Assembly (NCBI GenBank): GCA_043827405.1
Contig: JBDRPD010000083.1
Location: 13,572 to 77,571 of the forward strand
DNA length: 64,000 nt
Origin: Elusimicrobiota bacterium
Lineage (GTDB): Bacteria; Elusimicrobiota; Elusimicrobia; UBA1565
Direction of reading: 5' to 3'
Both the position numbers and the translations under genes were made by a program. Shown here in pieces: positions 45,909 through 54,962 of the stretch (its first letter is position 1; each line of letters begins with the position of its first letter). The notes beneath the pieces were generated by a model that was given only the letters and a program-made list of their open reading frames with translations, ran no database searches and was not told where the DNA came from.

Positions 45909-47473
45909 TGTGCCGCCCTTTGCTGCTGGTTTTTTACGAATTCGCTGCGTAAAAACTTGCGGTCTGTTTTGCCGTTGGCGTTCTTGGGCATGTTCTTCAA
46001 CAAGTAAACCCGGTTCGGGACCATGTACTTCGGAACCCAGTCGGCGACTCGACGCTTGATCTCCGCCCCCGTGAAATCCTTTCGCGAGGCGATAACCGCG
46101 ATGATTCTGCTGATTTCTCCGTCGATCGAATGCAGCGCCACGGCTTCGTCGATGCCTTCCAGGCTCATTAAGGCGTGTTCGATTTCCTCGAGCTCAATGC
46201 GATGCCCTTGATGCTTGATCTGAAAATCTTTCCGTCCCACAAACCATAGCTTTTGGTCGCTTGGGTCGAGGCGAAATAAATCCCCCGTGCGGTAAAGCAG
46301 TTCTCCCTCGTGCGGGGAACGGGGGTCCGGAACAAACGCCTTCTTCGTGAGCTCCGTCTGGCCCAGGTATCCCTGTCCGACGCAGGGGCCGCCCAGGCAA
46401 AGCTCCCCGGACTCGCCCGGAGGCACCTCTTCGCTGCCGGCGAGCAGCCGGTAGTGAAAATTTCTCGTCAGCGAACCGATCGGCGGATAACCCTCAAGGT
46501 TTTCGAAGTCCTCCGGTCCGATCTGATAGCTGGAGCATATGCAGGTGCATTCGGTGGGCCCGTAAACATTAACCAACTTTGTTTGCGGCGACAGTTGGTC
46601 ATACAGCTCTTTTAGCCGGGTCTTTGGGTATCCCTCGCCGCCGAATATCACCCATCTCAGGGAGCGCAGCGCCTGCGGCTCAATGACCTTCGTGGTTTGT
46701 AGAAACATCAGCATGGAGGGTACCGAGAAGAACGTCGTGCATCGGGTCTTTTCAATGTGATCGACGATTTTTTGCGGTTCCTGGAGCCAGGCGGTTTTAA
46801 ATGGGACGAGCGTGCCGCCGGAAAACAAGGTCGAATAGATGTCAAAAACAGAGTTGTCAAAATATATGGGGTTTAAATGGGTATGCGTATCCTCGGGAGT
46901 GAAGCCGTACTCGCTGACGGCCCAATCAATAAACAAATCCAGGTTGCCGTGGCTCATGACGGCGCCTTTCGGGACTCCAGTAGAGCCCGACGTGAACATG
47001 ATATAGGCCGTATTCTCGGGGTGAACAACGGCCTGTCTTTCAGGGGCGGCCGTGGGATAGTCGCTGCAAAACGCTAGGTTGTCGTGGCTGGCGGGGCAGA
47101 CGATGGTCTTATCCTTCCACTGCGGCGATGCGAGCTCGGTGTGGGAAAAAATCAGGGCGGGGGAGCACTGGGCGAAGATCTTTTCTGTCCGCTTGAGCGG
47201 GCTGGACGGATCGATCGCGAAGTACCCGATGCCGAGCTTAAGGCAGGCCAGGATCACGCAGTACGGTGTGGCGTCTTTGTCGAGATTGATGCAGACCCGG
47301 TCGCTTTGTCCGATCCCGTGATCCAGCAGGAACCGCGCCGCCTGGTTGGAGCGGCGGTCCAGGTCTTGATAAGACATCGCGCCATCCTCTGTGAACTGCA
47401 GGGCCGTGCGCGCGGGATGTCGCTGCGCGACTTGCGAAAAGCGCGATCCCAGGTCTTGAGCCTGGTCCGTCAT
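45905..47473 (-). CDS. Stand-alone amino acid adenylation enzyme (DltA-like)
   Basis: Core motifs YIMFTSGSTGVPKG (A3), FDNS (A4), NVYGPTE (A5), YRTGD (A7), GRKDFQIK (A8), NANGKTDR (A10). Confidence 0.92.
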   Translation of the reverse strand: MTDQAQDLGSRFSQVAQRHPARTALQFTEDGAMSYQDLDRRSNQAARFLLDHGIGQSDRVCINLDKDATPYCVILACLKLGIGYFAIDPSSPLKRTEKIFAQCSPALIFSHTELASPQWKDKTIVCPASHDNLAFCSDYPTAAPERQAVVHPENTAYIMFTSGSTGVPKGAVMSHGNLDLFIDWAVSEYGFTPEDTHTHLNPIYFDNSVFDIYSTLFSGGTLVPFKTAWLQEPQKIVDHIEKTRCTTFFSVPSMLMFLQTTKVIEPQALRSLRWVIFGGEGYPKTRLKELYDQLSPQTKLVNVYGPTECTCICSSYQIGPEDFENLEGYPPIGSLTRNFHYRLLAGSEEVPPGESGELCLGGPCVGQGYLGQTELTKKAFVPDPRSPHEGELLYRTGDLFRLDPSDQKLWFVGRKDFQIKHQGHRIELEEIEHALMSLEGIDEAVALHSIDGEISRIIAVIASRKDFTGAEIKRRVADWVPKYMVPNRVYLLKNMPKNANGKTDRKFLRSEFVKNQQQRAAQ

Positions 47474-48217
47474 TTAGATTCTCAGGCCGCCGTCCAGATT
47501 TAATACCGCTCCCGTATAGAATTCGTTGTCGAATACGAACTGAATGGCGTGGTTCAGGTCGTCAACCGTCCCCAACCGCTTGAGCGGCGTGCTCCTCCGG
47601 ATGCGCATCAGGCGGTCCTCGCGGACCGCTTGCAAGGTCGAGGGGGTGTCAAGAAAGCCGGGCGCGATCGAGACCACGCGAATGCCTAGCGGTCCCAGTT
47701 CTTTGGCGAGGGCCATGGTCAGTCCGTTGAGTCCGGCCTTGGCGGCCGAATAGGCGGCTTGCCCGGGGTTCCCTTGGGCGCAGATCGAGCTGATGTTTAT
47801 GATCGTCCCTTTGATCCCGTCCGGCACAAGGTGTTTTACGCAGGCCGCGGACACGTAAAAAGCTGAGCTTAATGATACCGACAATACCCGGTTCCATTCC
47901 TCGAATCCATGGCATGTGATCTGCCCGTCCTCAAATTTAACCAGCGGGCTGTTGAAGATTAGACCGACATTATTGATCACATGGGTGACCGGACCATCGT
48001 CTTTGATGTGCGCGTCGATCACCCCGGCCGCGGCTTCGCCGTCGCTCAAGTCGCATTGGGCGTATGTGAAGTGGTCGTTTTTCGCACAGGCTTCCGGAGC
48101 GCGGTCCGTGATATCCATTCCGAAAACCCGGCATTCCTTGGCCAGGAAGTACTCCGCGACCTTTGAGCCGATTGCACCGCTAACGCCGGTGATCAGTATT
48201 TGCCTGTCAGCGCTCAT
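47474..48217 (-). CDS. Classical SDR (FabG-like ketoreductase)
   Basis: ITGVSGAIG, INNVG, NISS, YSAAK, IAPGFLDT, GAVLNLDGG. Confidence 0.88.
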   Translation of the reverse strand: MSADRQILITGVSGAIGSKVAEYFLAKECRVFGMDITDRAPEACAKNDHFTYAQCDLSDGEAAAGVIDAHIKDDGPVTHVINNVGLIFNSPLVKFEDGQITCHGFEEWNRVLSVSLSSAFYVSAACVKHLVPDGIKGTIINISSICAQGNPGQAAYSAAKAGLNGLTMALAKELGPLGIRVVSIAPGFLDTPSTLQAVREDRLMRIRRSTPLKRLGTVDDLNHAIQFVFDNEFYTGAVLNLDGGLRI

Positions 48218-48447
48218 CGTCCCACTCCATGTTCCGCTAAAACTTTTACGATCCCCGAGAACGTCAGAAGCTGCGCGATTTGCTCTTTGCTGAATGTCAG
48301 ACTGAACTCTGACTGCAGGGCTCCGACTAGCTTGACGTACATGATCGAATCCCAGAATTCCAGGCTCCTAAAATTGTCGGCTTCCCGGATGCTGTCTATG
48401 TTCTCGTCTAGTACGCGCTCTAGAATTTCTTTTAGTTTTTCGTTCAT
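48214..48447 (-). CDS. Acyl/peptidyl carrier protein
   Basis: 77 aa, acidic, with FWDSIMYV phosphopantetheine serine motif; lies next to the SDR and adenylation genes. Confidence 0.85.
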   Translation of the reverse strand: MNEKLKEILERVLDENIDSIREADNFRSLEFWDSIMYVKLVGALQSEFSLTFSKEQIAQLLTFSGIVKVLAEHGVGR

Positions 48448-48496
48448 GTTCGCGATTCCTGTTAAAAGCTTTAGTGGTTTTTAAAAATTTATCAGT

Positions 48497-49498
48497 CTAA
48501 ATCAAGTCCCAGGTGATGGGGGTGTCGGCCTTTATGTCGCCCTTAGTCTCACGGCCCAGGACCATCTCGTAATGCTCAGGCATAATTCCAAAGGCCTCTC
48601 TTTTAACGGTGATCAGGTCTTTGGTTAGTTCCGTTCCCTTCGGGATATCCTGTGCCGCAAACAAGCGCACAATGCGTTCGGTATCTTCCGCGCCTTTGAC
48701 CGCTGTTTTTATCGGCGAGCCCAGGCATTTTTCCACCTCTCGAATACTCTTTACCATCTGCTTTAATTCATCCGGCTCGAGGGCGAAGGCATGGTCCAGC
48801 CCCTCTAAGGCATGTGACAGCGTAAAGTGCTTCTCGATGACGCAGGCGCCCCGGGCCGCGGCGGCTATCGGAATGGCGATCCCCAATGAGTGGTCCGAAA
48901 ACCCAACCGGGACTTGGAAGGCGGTTCTCATCGTTTCCATCATTCGCAGGTGCGTGTCCTCCGGCTTGGTGGGATAGGACGAGACGCAGTGAAGCAAAAT
49001 GAGGTTCTCATTATTGGCGCTCTGGACGGCATCGACAGCCCTTTGCACATCGGCCAAATCGCAGACCCCCGTAGACATAATCATGGGGCGTTTTTTCGCA
49101 GCAGCATACTTAATGAGTGGGATATCGAATATCTCTGATGACGCCCATTTGTACACCGGCGTATCATATCGCTCCAGCAGGTCTACGGCTTCTTTATCAA
49201 AGGGCGCTGCAAAAAGAATAATTTTCCGCTTTCTGGCATGTTCGAGAAGCTGGTCCATCCAGCCCCGATTTGTCTCTAAAGATTTTAGTATGGGGTAGGC
49301 TTTGCTGCTCTTCGGCCATAGGCCTGAACCATAATATAGTTGAAGCTTAACCGCGTCCGCGCCGCTTTCGGCTGCGATATCGATTAGCTCCAGGGCTTGT
49401 GATAGCTTGCCGTCGTGGTTGGCTCCCAGTTCTGCGATAATAAATACGGGTTCGCCATCTCCCACGAGTCGATTGCCAATTTTGACTTTTCTGTTCAT
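48497..49498 (-). CDS. pseI: Nonulosonic acid synthase (NeuB/PseI/LegI family) with SAF domain
   Basis: FIIAELGANHDG, ADAVKLQ, IMSTG, LLHCVSSYPT, GFSDHS, IEKHFTL, DHAFALEP. The exact product is not determinable. Confidence 0.9.
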   Translation of the reverse strand: MNRKVKIGNRLVGDGEPVFIIAELGANHDGKLSQALELIDIAAESGADAVKLQLYYGSGLWPKSSKAYPILKSLETNRGWMDQLLEHARKRKIILFAAPFDKEAVDLLERYDTPVYKWASSEIFDIPLIKYAAAKKRPMIMSTGVCDLADVQRAVDAVQSANNENLILLHCVSSYPTKPEDTHLRMMETMRTAFQVPVGFSDHSLGIAIPIAAAARGACVIEKHFTLSHALEGLDHAFALEPDELKQMVKSIREVEKCLGSPIKTAVKGAEDTERIVRLFAAQDIPKGTELTKDLITVKREAFGIMPEHYEMVLGRETKGDIKADTPITWDLI

Positions 49499-50562
49499 AG
49501 CAGGTTTGTTTTTTTTAGTTCGCTGATAATCCGTTCAGCGCCCCGGCCGTCGATCAATCTCCTTCCAGTAGTAGACATATCTCTTCTTTGCGTGTAATCC
49601 CCCAGGATGTCATTGATTCCCTTTGCCAAGTAATCCTGATGAGTGTCGTCTGGGATGCTTAGGTGTTTCGAAGTGCCAGCCTGGATGAAAGGATCATTAT
49701 TATATTTCTTTAAGTCATCACGCGTGAGGCATATGCTGGGTGTTCCGGCTAATGCGGCCTCGTAGCGCGTCAGGCCGATTGCCGTTATCGCCAGGTCCGC
49801 CCACAATAGCAAGTTAGGAACGTCGGCAGTTGCGCACAGCTCAACGGCCGGCGTCGAATCCTTCGCCATGCGTGCGAGCGTGCTTTTTAGATCGTTAGAA
49901 AAACACGCCCCAACCGCCACCTTGATCGTCGTGTCTGTAAGCGCGAGCGCTTCAAGTGCGTCGATTGCGTCGACCGTCAAGCCGGTCGGGTCGCTGCCTC
50001 CGAGTGAGATAAATATCTTTCTTACGGTTTCGGCGATCGGCCGCTCTCTGCTGCCGCGCGCGGCCTGCTCCGGTCCACAGATAAAGTAATCCGCGCCAAG
50101 CATGTATCGTGTGTCCGCGAACCGGCGGTAGTCGATCTTTTCCGCCCCGAAATAAGGCACGATCTGCGCGGCGACGGGAACGTCGACCTTGTCGAAGTCG
50201 TCGATGACGACTGTTTTTGGGCCGGCGTTCTGGAGTAGGGAAAAATATCTTTCGAACTGCGCTTTGCGCTTGATGTTGTCGACGGTGCCTAGGTCAGTCA
50301 GTACAAATTTTGCCGCACTGCGTTTCGCGGCCGCGGCGGTGAAGGCTGCATCATGGTCGAAATCCGCCGTCTTGTCGAGCGGGAAGACCGCAAACCCCCG
50401 CGTTTGGATAAGGTCCATGATGGCCTGGTTTGGATCGCGGACAATAAATTGGGCCTGAACGTCGTGATCTCGAAGCGTCGCGGCGAACGCCAGACAGCGC
50501 ATGATGTGCCCCATCCCGATTCGAGGCGACCCGTCCGCCCGGATCAAAACCTTATCCGGCAT
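49495..50562 (-). CDS. pseG: UDP-2,4-diacylamido-sugar hydrolase (PseG/SpsG family)
   Basis: LIRADGSPRIGMGHIMRCL, VVIDD, ISLGGSDP, IDGRGAERI. Start moved to ATG 50562. Confidence 0.87.
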   Translation of the reverse strand: MPDKVLIRADGSPRIGMGHIMRCLAFAATLRDHDVQAQFIVRDPNQAIMDLIQTRGFAVFPLDKTADFDHDAAFTAAAAKRSAAKFVLTDLGTVDNIKRKAQFERYFSLLQNAGPKTVVIDDFDKVDVPVAAQIVPYFGAEKIDYRRFADTRYMLGADYFICGPEQAARGSRERPIAETVRKIFISLGGSDPTGLTVDAIDALEALALTDTTIKVAVGACFSNDLKSTLARMAKDSTPAVELCATADVPNLLLWADLAITAIGLTRYEAALAGTPSICLTRDDLKKYNNDPFIQAGTSKHLSIPDDTHQDYLAKGINDILGDYTQRRDMSTTGRRLIDGRGAERIISELKKTNLL

Positions 50563-51262
50563 CAAGCTCTTTTTTCGCTCGCTGTCCGAGATACAGCGTT
50601 CGCGCGAACTCAAGGTCCTCGGGATTATCGATGTCGACCGCCTTGTGCGGCGCGATTTCGTAAGAGGTGAATTTCACTTCCTGATTTTCGGCGGGGGCCA
50701 ATAGGTGGTGCGCGGCAAAATACGAAAATGGCCCGGCCTCGTAATACGCGGGCTGCAGGTCCTGTGAGCGGATTTTTAAGGCCGCGGGCGAAGCGGGGGT
50801 CAACGTCCCGGCGGCGTCGCGGCGAAACGCCCACTCGGCGGGCACCGGCAGCCTGGCCACGACGAGCAGCGGGTGTTTCCTCCCTTGGTCCAGGAAAGCC
50901 TGATACCCGGCCTTCAGGTCCTCCGCTTCGAGCAGCGGCGCCGCCGGCATGATGCAGGCGACGTCCTCGTACTCCAGGCCGTCTTTGCGATAGCGCTCCA
51001 GGACCCAGCTGAGAACGGGCGCAAGTCCAGTGTGGTTGTCGGCCAGTTCGTCGGGGCGCTTGAAGTCGATCGCGAAGCCGAGTTTCTTCGCTGCTTCCGC
51101 GATCTCATCGGAGTCCGTCGAGACGTGGATCTTGTCGAACAGCGCGGATTGCTCGGCCGCCTCAAGCGCATAGGCGATAATGGGTCGGCCTAGAAAATCA
51201 ACGATATTCTTGCTTTTGATTCGCTGGCTTCCGCCCCGTGCCGGTATGATCGCTATTTTCAT
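50552..51262 (-). CDS. pseF: CMP-nonulosonate synthetase (PseF/NeuA family)
   Basis: IAIIPARGGSQRIKSKNI, IHVSTDS, KRPDELADNHT, RSQDL, VDIDNPEDL. Confidence 0.9.
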   Translation of the reverse strand: MKIAIIPARGGSQRIKSKNIVDFLGRPIIAYALEAAEQSALFDKIHVSTDSDEIAEAAKKLGFAIDFKRPDELADNHTGLAPVLSWVLERYRKDGLEYEDVACIMPAAPLLEAEDLKAGYQAFLDQGRKHPLLVVARLPVPAEWAFRRDAAGTLTPASPAALKIRSQDLQPAYYEAGPFSYFAAHHLLAPAENQEVKFTSYEIAPHKAVDIDNPEDLEFARTLYLGQRAKKELDAG

Positions 51263-51266
51263 CTGT

Positions 51267-52187
51267 TTATTCCTCTACCGCTATGCCGATGCCGTTCTGG
51301 CCGTAATTGTTGCCGTTGTAGAACATATACCGGCCGCCTTGGTGCTCAATGACGGCGGCGTAGGCGATCATCTCCGAATCCCAGCCGGCTGCGGATACGT
51401 CGATTCCCGCCAACTCGTCCATGCGGTTCCAAGCGATCCCGTCCGGAGACTCGGCGTAGCCGATGCGGTAGCTCGGGCCGCGGTACGAATACCACATTTT
51501 ATACACGCCGTTTTCAACTACGATCCATGGTCGTGAAATGGCATACTCGTCGTCGTTGAGAAAATCGATTGCGACTCTCCCCCGCCGGTCCCAGCAAACG
51601 CCGTCCGTCGACTCCGCGTACTTGAGGTGGTATCGGGGCAGGGGATTCCCATCCACGATGCGCCAGGCGGTATTCGAGGTATACCACATCCTCCAGATTC
51701 CATTTTCCACGATTACTGCCGCCGAGGCCGTGAATAGCGGGTCGATATCAGTGCGTGTTAAGAGCGGCGCGCTGGACAGCTTCTTGAAGGTCTTCCCGTT
51801 GTCCTCACTGACCGCCGCGCCAAGTGAAGAGTAAAAGGGCACTCGTTTTCCCTGCATCCAACCGCTGTAATAAAGGTACTTTTTCCCGGCGTGATTCAGG
51901 ATCCAGCTGGGGATAATTCCGCTATCGTCGAATGTCCCGAGGGCGCCAAGGGATAAAACGGGCTCGGCAGTAAAGTCCAGTATCTCTTTCGGCTTATCGA
52001 TATGAAAGGTGTAGGCTCCTGGCTGGCTCATATTGGCTTCGTTCCTGCCGGAAAAATACATGCGGTAGTGTCCCCGGTCATCCAGAGATTCCACGACGGG
52101 AACCCAGGCATAGGATTTGATCCAGTCGACACGGCCTGCGGGCTCAAAAATCAAGCCCTTTTTGCGCCATTTAGGGGGTTTGCTCAT
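51267..52187 (-). CDS. Five-bladed beta-propeller glycoside-hydrolase-like protein of unknown activity
   Basis: Repeated blades: WRKKGLIF, YLYYSGW, AVSEDNGKTFKK, WRMWY, YAESTDGVCW, YAESPDGIAW, MFYNGN. Start ATG 52187. Confidence 0.7.
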   Translation of the reverse strand: MSKPPKWRKKGLIFEPAGRVDWIKSYAWVPVVESLDDRGHYRMYFSGRNEANMSQPGAYTFHIDKPKEILDFTAEPVLSLGALGTFDDSGIIPSWILNHAGKKYLYYSGWMQGKRVPFYSSLGAAVSEDNGKTFKKLSSAPLLTRTDIDPLFTASAAVIVENGIWRMWYTSNTAWRIVDGNPLPRYHLKYAESTDGVCWDRRGRVAIDFLNDDEYAISRPWIVVENGVYKMWYSYRGPSYRIGYAESPDGIAWNRMDELAGIDVSAAGWDSEMIAYAAVIEHQGGRYMFYNGNNYGQNGIGIAVEE

Positions 52188-52884
52188 TAGTCCGCCGCCC
52201 CGAGCGAATAATCGCCAGGCTTTCCTCCCCATGGTTGAATAGTAAATCGACCACAGACAAATAGGGAATAAATTCTCCGTGAAGCTGCGTGTATTTGGGA
52301 TGCTGGTAATAATGATACTCGAGCGTTATTTCGTGGTCCCTGAACAAAGCTCCTTCGCCGATATATTCTTTCGACCTCACGGGGCTTAGATAGCGTCGGG
52401 CTCCAACCTTCCTGCAGATTTCTACCAGAAGTTCAGTTTTTGCGCCGTTCGCTTCTAATGCGGAGCTCCTTACCATCTCTGTGCCGACGCCGAGAGATTC
52501 TTTAATAATGGAAATTAGGTCGATGGTTAAGTCGGCGAGCAAGACGTGCTGCTTATTGTATGCCGAAGCAAAGCGGTCTGCGTACTGTCTGAAGTGCCGG
52601 GATTTGGCATAGCTCATTTCGAGCGCTTTTAAATGCTCTTCGCGAAATTTCGCGGTGGGATCAATTCTCGCGTCCCGGATGGTTTGATCTCGTCGCCCTT
52701 TTGTCAGAACGGGGATCGTGAGCCTCTGCTCGCCACGGCAATTTTTGATTCGGTTGCGCTGCTGCCAGGAGCGTTTGTCAAACTGTACGGAATCCAATAG
52801 GACGAACACATCTGCCTGGTCCATTAGGTCGAAATATCCCAGCCAGGGAAGGTAGGTCGGCTGCATAATAACGGCTGTTTTCAT
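52171..52884 (-). CDS. wbqC: WbqC-family protein
   Basis: MQPTYLPWLGYFDLM...DVFVLLDSVQF...WQQRNRI, LTIPV, LSVVDLLFNHG. Start ATG 52884. Confidence 0.9.
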   Translation of the reverse strand: MKTAVIMQPTYLPWLGYFDLMDQADVFVLLDSVQFDKRSWQQRNRIKNCRGEQRLTIPVLTKGRRDQTIRDARIDPTAKFREEHLKALEMSYAKSRHFRQYADRFASAYNKQHVLLADLTIDLISIIKESLGVGTEMVRSSALEANGAKTELLVEICRKVGARRYLSPVRSKEYIGEGALFRDHEITLEYHYYQHPKYTQLHGEFIPYLSVVDLLFNHGEESLAIIRSGRRTNEQTP

Positions 52885-52903
52885 GACGGGTTCGGCGTCG
52901 CTC

Positions 52904-53530
52904 TCATTTGTATACGTAGACCGTGTATTCGTACAGCCCGTAATCATGTCGAATGACAAAATTTCTGCTGATGCTTTCACGCAAAAAATCCGTTAGTTTA
53001 TTAAAGGGGAGATAGAAGTTCCCCGGGTTTTCCCAGTCCACGAATGGGGACATAACGTTAAAGGCGAGTCCCTTTCGGGTTTTGCTGAATAAGCGCTCCA
53101 CAGAGTCCTTCATGAACTCGAGCATATCGTCAAGGCTGAGTTCCCGTTTTTGCGTAAACACCCCATTCGCGACGATGTAATCGAAGAGGGGAAGCTCATC
53201 CGTCCCATCCATGATATCCAGTTGATAAAAATTTTCGTCGGGATATTTTTCTTTTGCCAGCAGCAGAAGGCTCTCCGAGATATCAAGACCGGAGTACTTA
53301 ATCGATCGGCCGGCATGCTTTTTGACGTATCCGCACAAATGGCCTGTGCCGCAGCCAAAATCTAGAAGTGTCTTCGGGTCGCCGTTCCGCGAATTAATAA
53401 CTTCAAGCATGATTTTGAAGCGGAGCTCGGCGTCGTCGGCGTCGGGCCATCCTGCGCCTAAATAAGTGTCGCCGTTTTTCTCGAGACAGGACTCATAGTG
53501 TCTGGCTAATTTTAAGTATTTTTTTTTCAT
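52904..53530 (-). CDS. Class I SAM-dependent methyltransferase
   Basis: LLDFGCGTG, YSGLDIS, FDYIVANGVF, GLAFNVMS, HDYGLYEYTVYV. Confidence 0.88.
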   Translation of the reverse strand: MKKKYLKLARHYESCLEKNGDTYLGAGWPDADDAELRFKIMLEVINSRNGDPKTLLDFGCGTGHLCGYVKKHAGRSIKYSGLDISESLLLLAKEKYPDENFYQLDIMDGTDELPLFDYIVANGVFTQKRELSLDDMLEFMKDSVERLFSKTRKGLAFNVMSPFVDWENPGNFYLPFNKLTDFLRESISRNFVIRHDYGLYEYTVYVYK

Positions 53531-53533
53531 GCC

Positions 53534-54844
53534 CTAGTTGAGCCGCTTGAAGCCGGAATGGCAAACGGGGCCGTTAAGAGAGCTTTTAAGGGAGCCTTTT
53601 GCTTTTAATTCTCGAATCAAAGAAAAGACTTCATCCGCATTTTTCAAATAGTCTTTGACGAGGTCCTCCGTGTGCGCATAGGACACGAAAATCACATTGG
53701 ATGCGAGAAACCCCCGCTTCAGCATTTCCTGCGTAAAACAAGTCTTTATCTCCAGGGCATCATCACCCCGAATCGCCATCACGATAATGGTGGGGAGGCC
53801 CAGGAGTTCGATGTCCAGGTCGTGCTTCTGGAAAATCTTCTCCAGCTCCGATCTGAGAATTCCCCCCGTGTTTTTAATGGCTTCGATGACGTTGTGTTTT
53901 TCAAAAAACTTAATCGTTTCAAGTGCGGCGACAAAGCCGCTTCTCTCTGTCCAGTAGGTGCTGCTGATGAAAGTGGACTGGGCCGCATTCATTACGTCTC
54001 GCTTTCCCAAAACAGCCGAAATGGCGTACCCATTGCCCAGCGCCTTCCCGAGGACGACGATGTCGGGCTCGATGCCGTAGAGCATATGCATGCCGCCGAT
54101 ATTCAAGCGGAAGCCGGAAGAAACCTCGTCGATAATTAGGACCGCGCCGATTTCCCTGGCCGTTTTTTGGACCAGCTTGATGAAATCAAGGTCCACCTTT
54201 TTCTGCTTGGCGAATTCCATGATGATGACGCCCAGCTCGTTCCGGTTCGCCTCCACCAAAGCCAGGAAGGCCGCGGAATTCCCGTATTCGAAGGGAAGCG
54301 AGGAGCCCCGGAGTTGCGACGGAACGCCTTTGGGCTCAAGCCCCGGCAGGAGCATCCCATCGAGATTGTTGCCGTCGGCGAGGTTGGACGCCAGATACCA
54401 ATCGTGCCAACCGTGGTAGCCGCAAAAGGCCACTTTGGATTTTCCGGAAAAGGCACGTCCGATGCGGACGGCGATGGTGCAGGCCTCTCCCCCGGTGCGC
54501 GAGTAGCGTGCCATATCGGCCCAGGGGTGAAGCGCTAGCAGCTTTTCCGTCAACTCGACCTCTTCCGGGCAGTTAAGGGTCGAAACAACGCTGTTCTCAA
54601 CGGCGCGAATTACGGCGGCGTTGACCTGGTCGTTAGCGTATCCCAGAACGGATGTTCCGATCCCCATGATGCTCATGTCGATAAATTCATTGCCGTCCAA
54701 GTCCCAGATTCGCGCGCCCTTTGCTTTTTGATAGTAGGCAGGCCATTGATCGGGCAGAAACATCTCCGCGCGCTTGGACAGCAGCTGGTTCCCGCCGGGA
54801 ATAATTCTCTTCGCTTTGTTCCACAGGTCCGTTCCTTTTGACAT
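53534..54844 (-). CDS. Class III PLP aminotransferase (glutamate-1-semialdehyde aminomutase-like)
   Basis: IPGGNQLLSKR, GARIWDLDGNEFID, TGGEA, GYHGWHDW, IIDEVSSGFR, GKALGNGY. Start ATG 54844. Confidence 0.88.
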   Translation of the reverse strand: MSKGTDLWNKAKRIIPGGNQLLSKRAEMFLPDQWPAYYQKAKGARIWDLDGNEFIDMSIMGIGTSVLGYANDQVNAAVIRAVENSVVSTLNCPEEVELTEKLLALHPWADMARYSRTGGEACTIAVRIGRAFSGKSKVAFCGYHGWHDWYLASNLADGNNLDGMLLPGLEPKGVPSQLRGSSLPFEYGNSAAFLALVEANRNELGVIIMEFAKQKKVDLDFIKLVQKTAREIGAVLIIDEVSSGFRLNIGGMHMLYGIEPDIVVLGKALGNGYAISAVLGKRDVMNAAQSTFISSTYWTERSGFVAALETIKFFEKHNVIEAIKNTGGILRSELEKIFQKHDLDIELLGLPTIIVMAIRGDDALEIKTCFTQEMLKRGFLASNVIFVSYAHTEDLVKDYLKNADEVFSLIRELKAKGSLKSSLNGPVCHSGFKRLN

Positions 54845-54939
54845 CTTTATGCTTCCTCTCTTGGGCGGCGATTCTCTAGCGCGGTTCGGGATATGAACCT
54901 TAAGCAGGGCGTATTCCAAATATTATCAAAGTAATAGGT

Positions 54940-54954
54940 CCTCCGCGCCGGAGG
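54940..54954 (-). terminator. Possible weak intrinsic terminator after the rSAM/GT2 pair
   Basis: CCTCCG-CGC-CGGAGG 6-bp stem just past the stop at 54963, followed on the minus strand by a T-rich but imperfect run. Confidence 0.3.
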
Positions 54955-54962
54955 CCGCGCCG

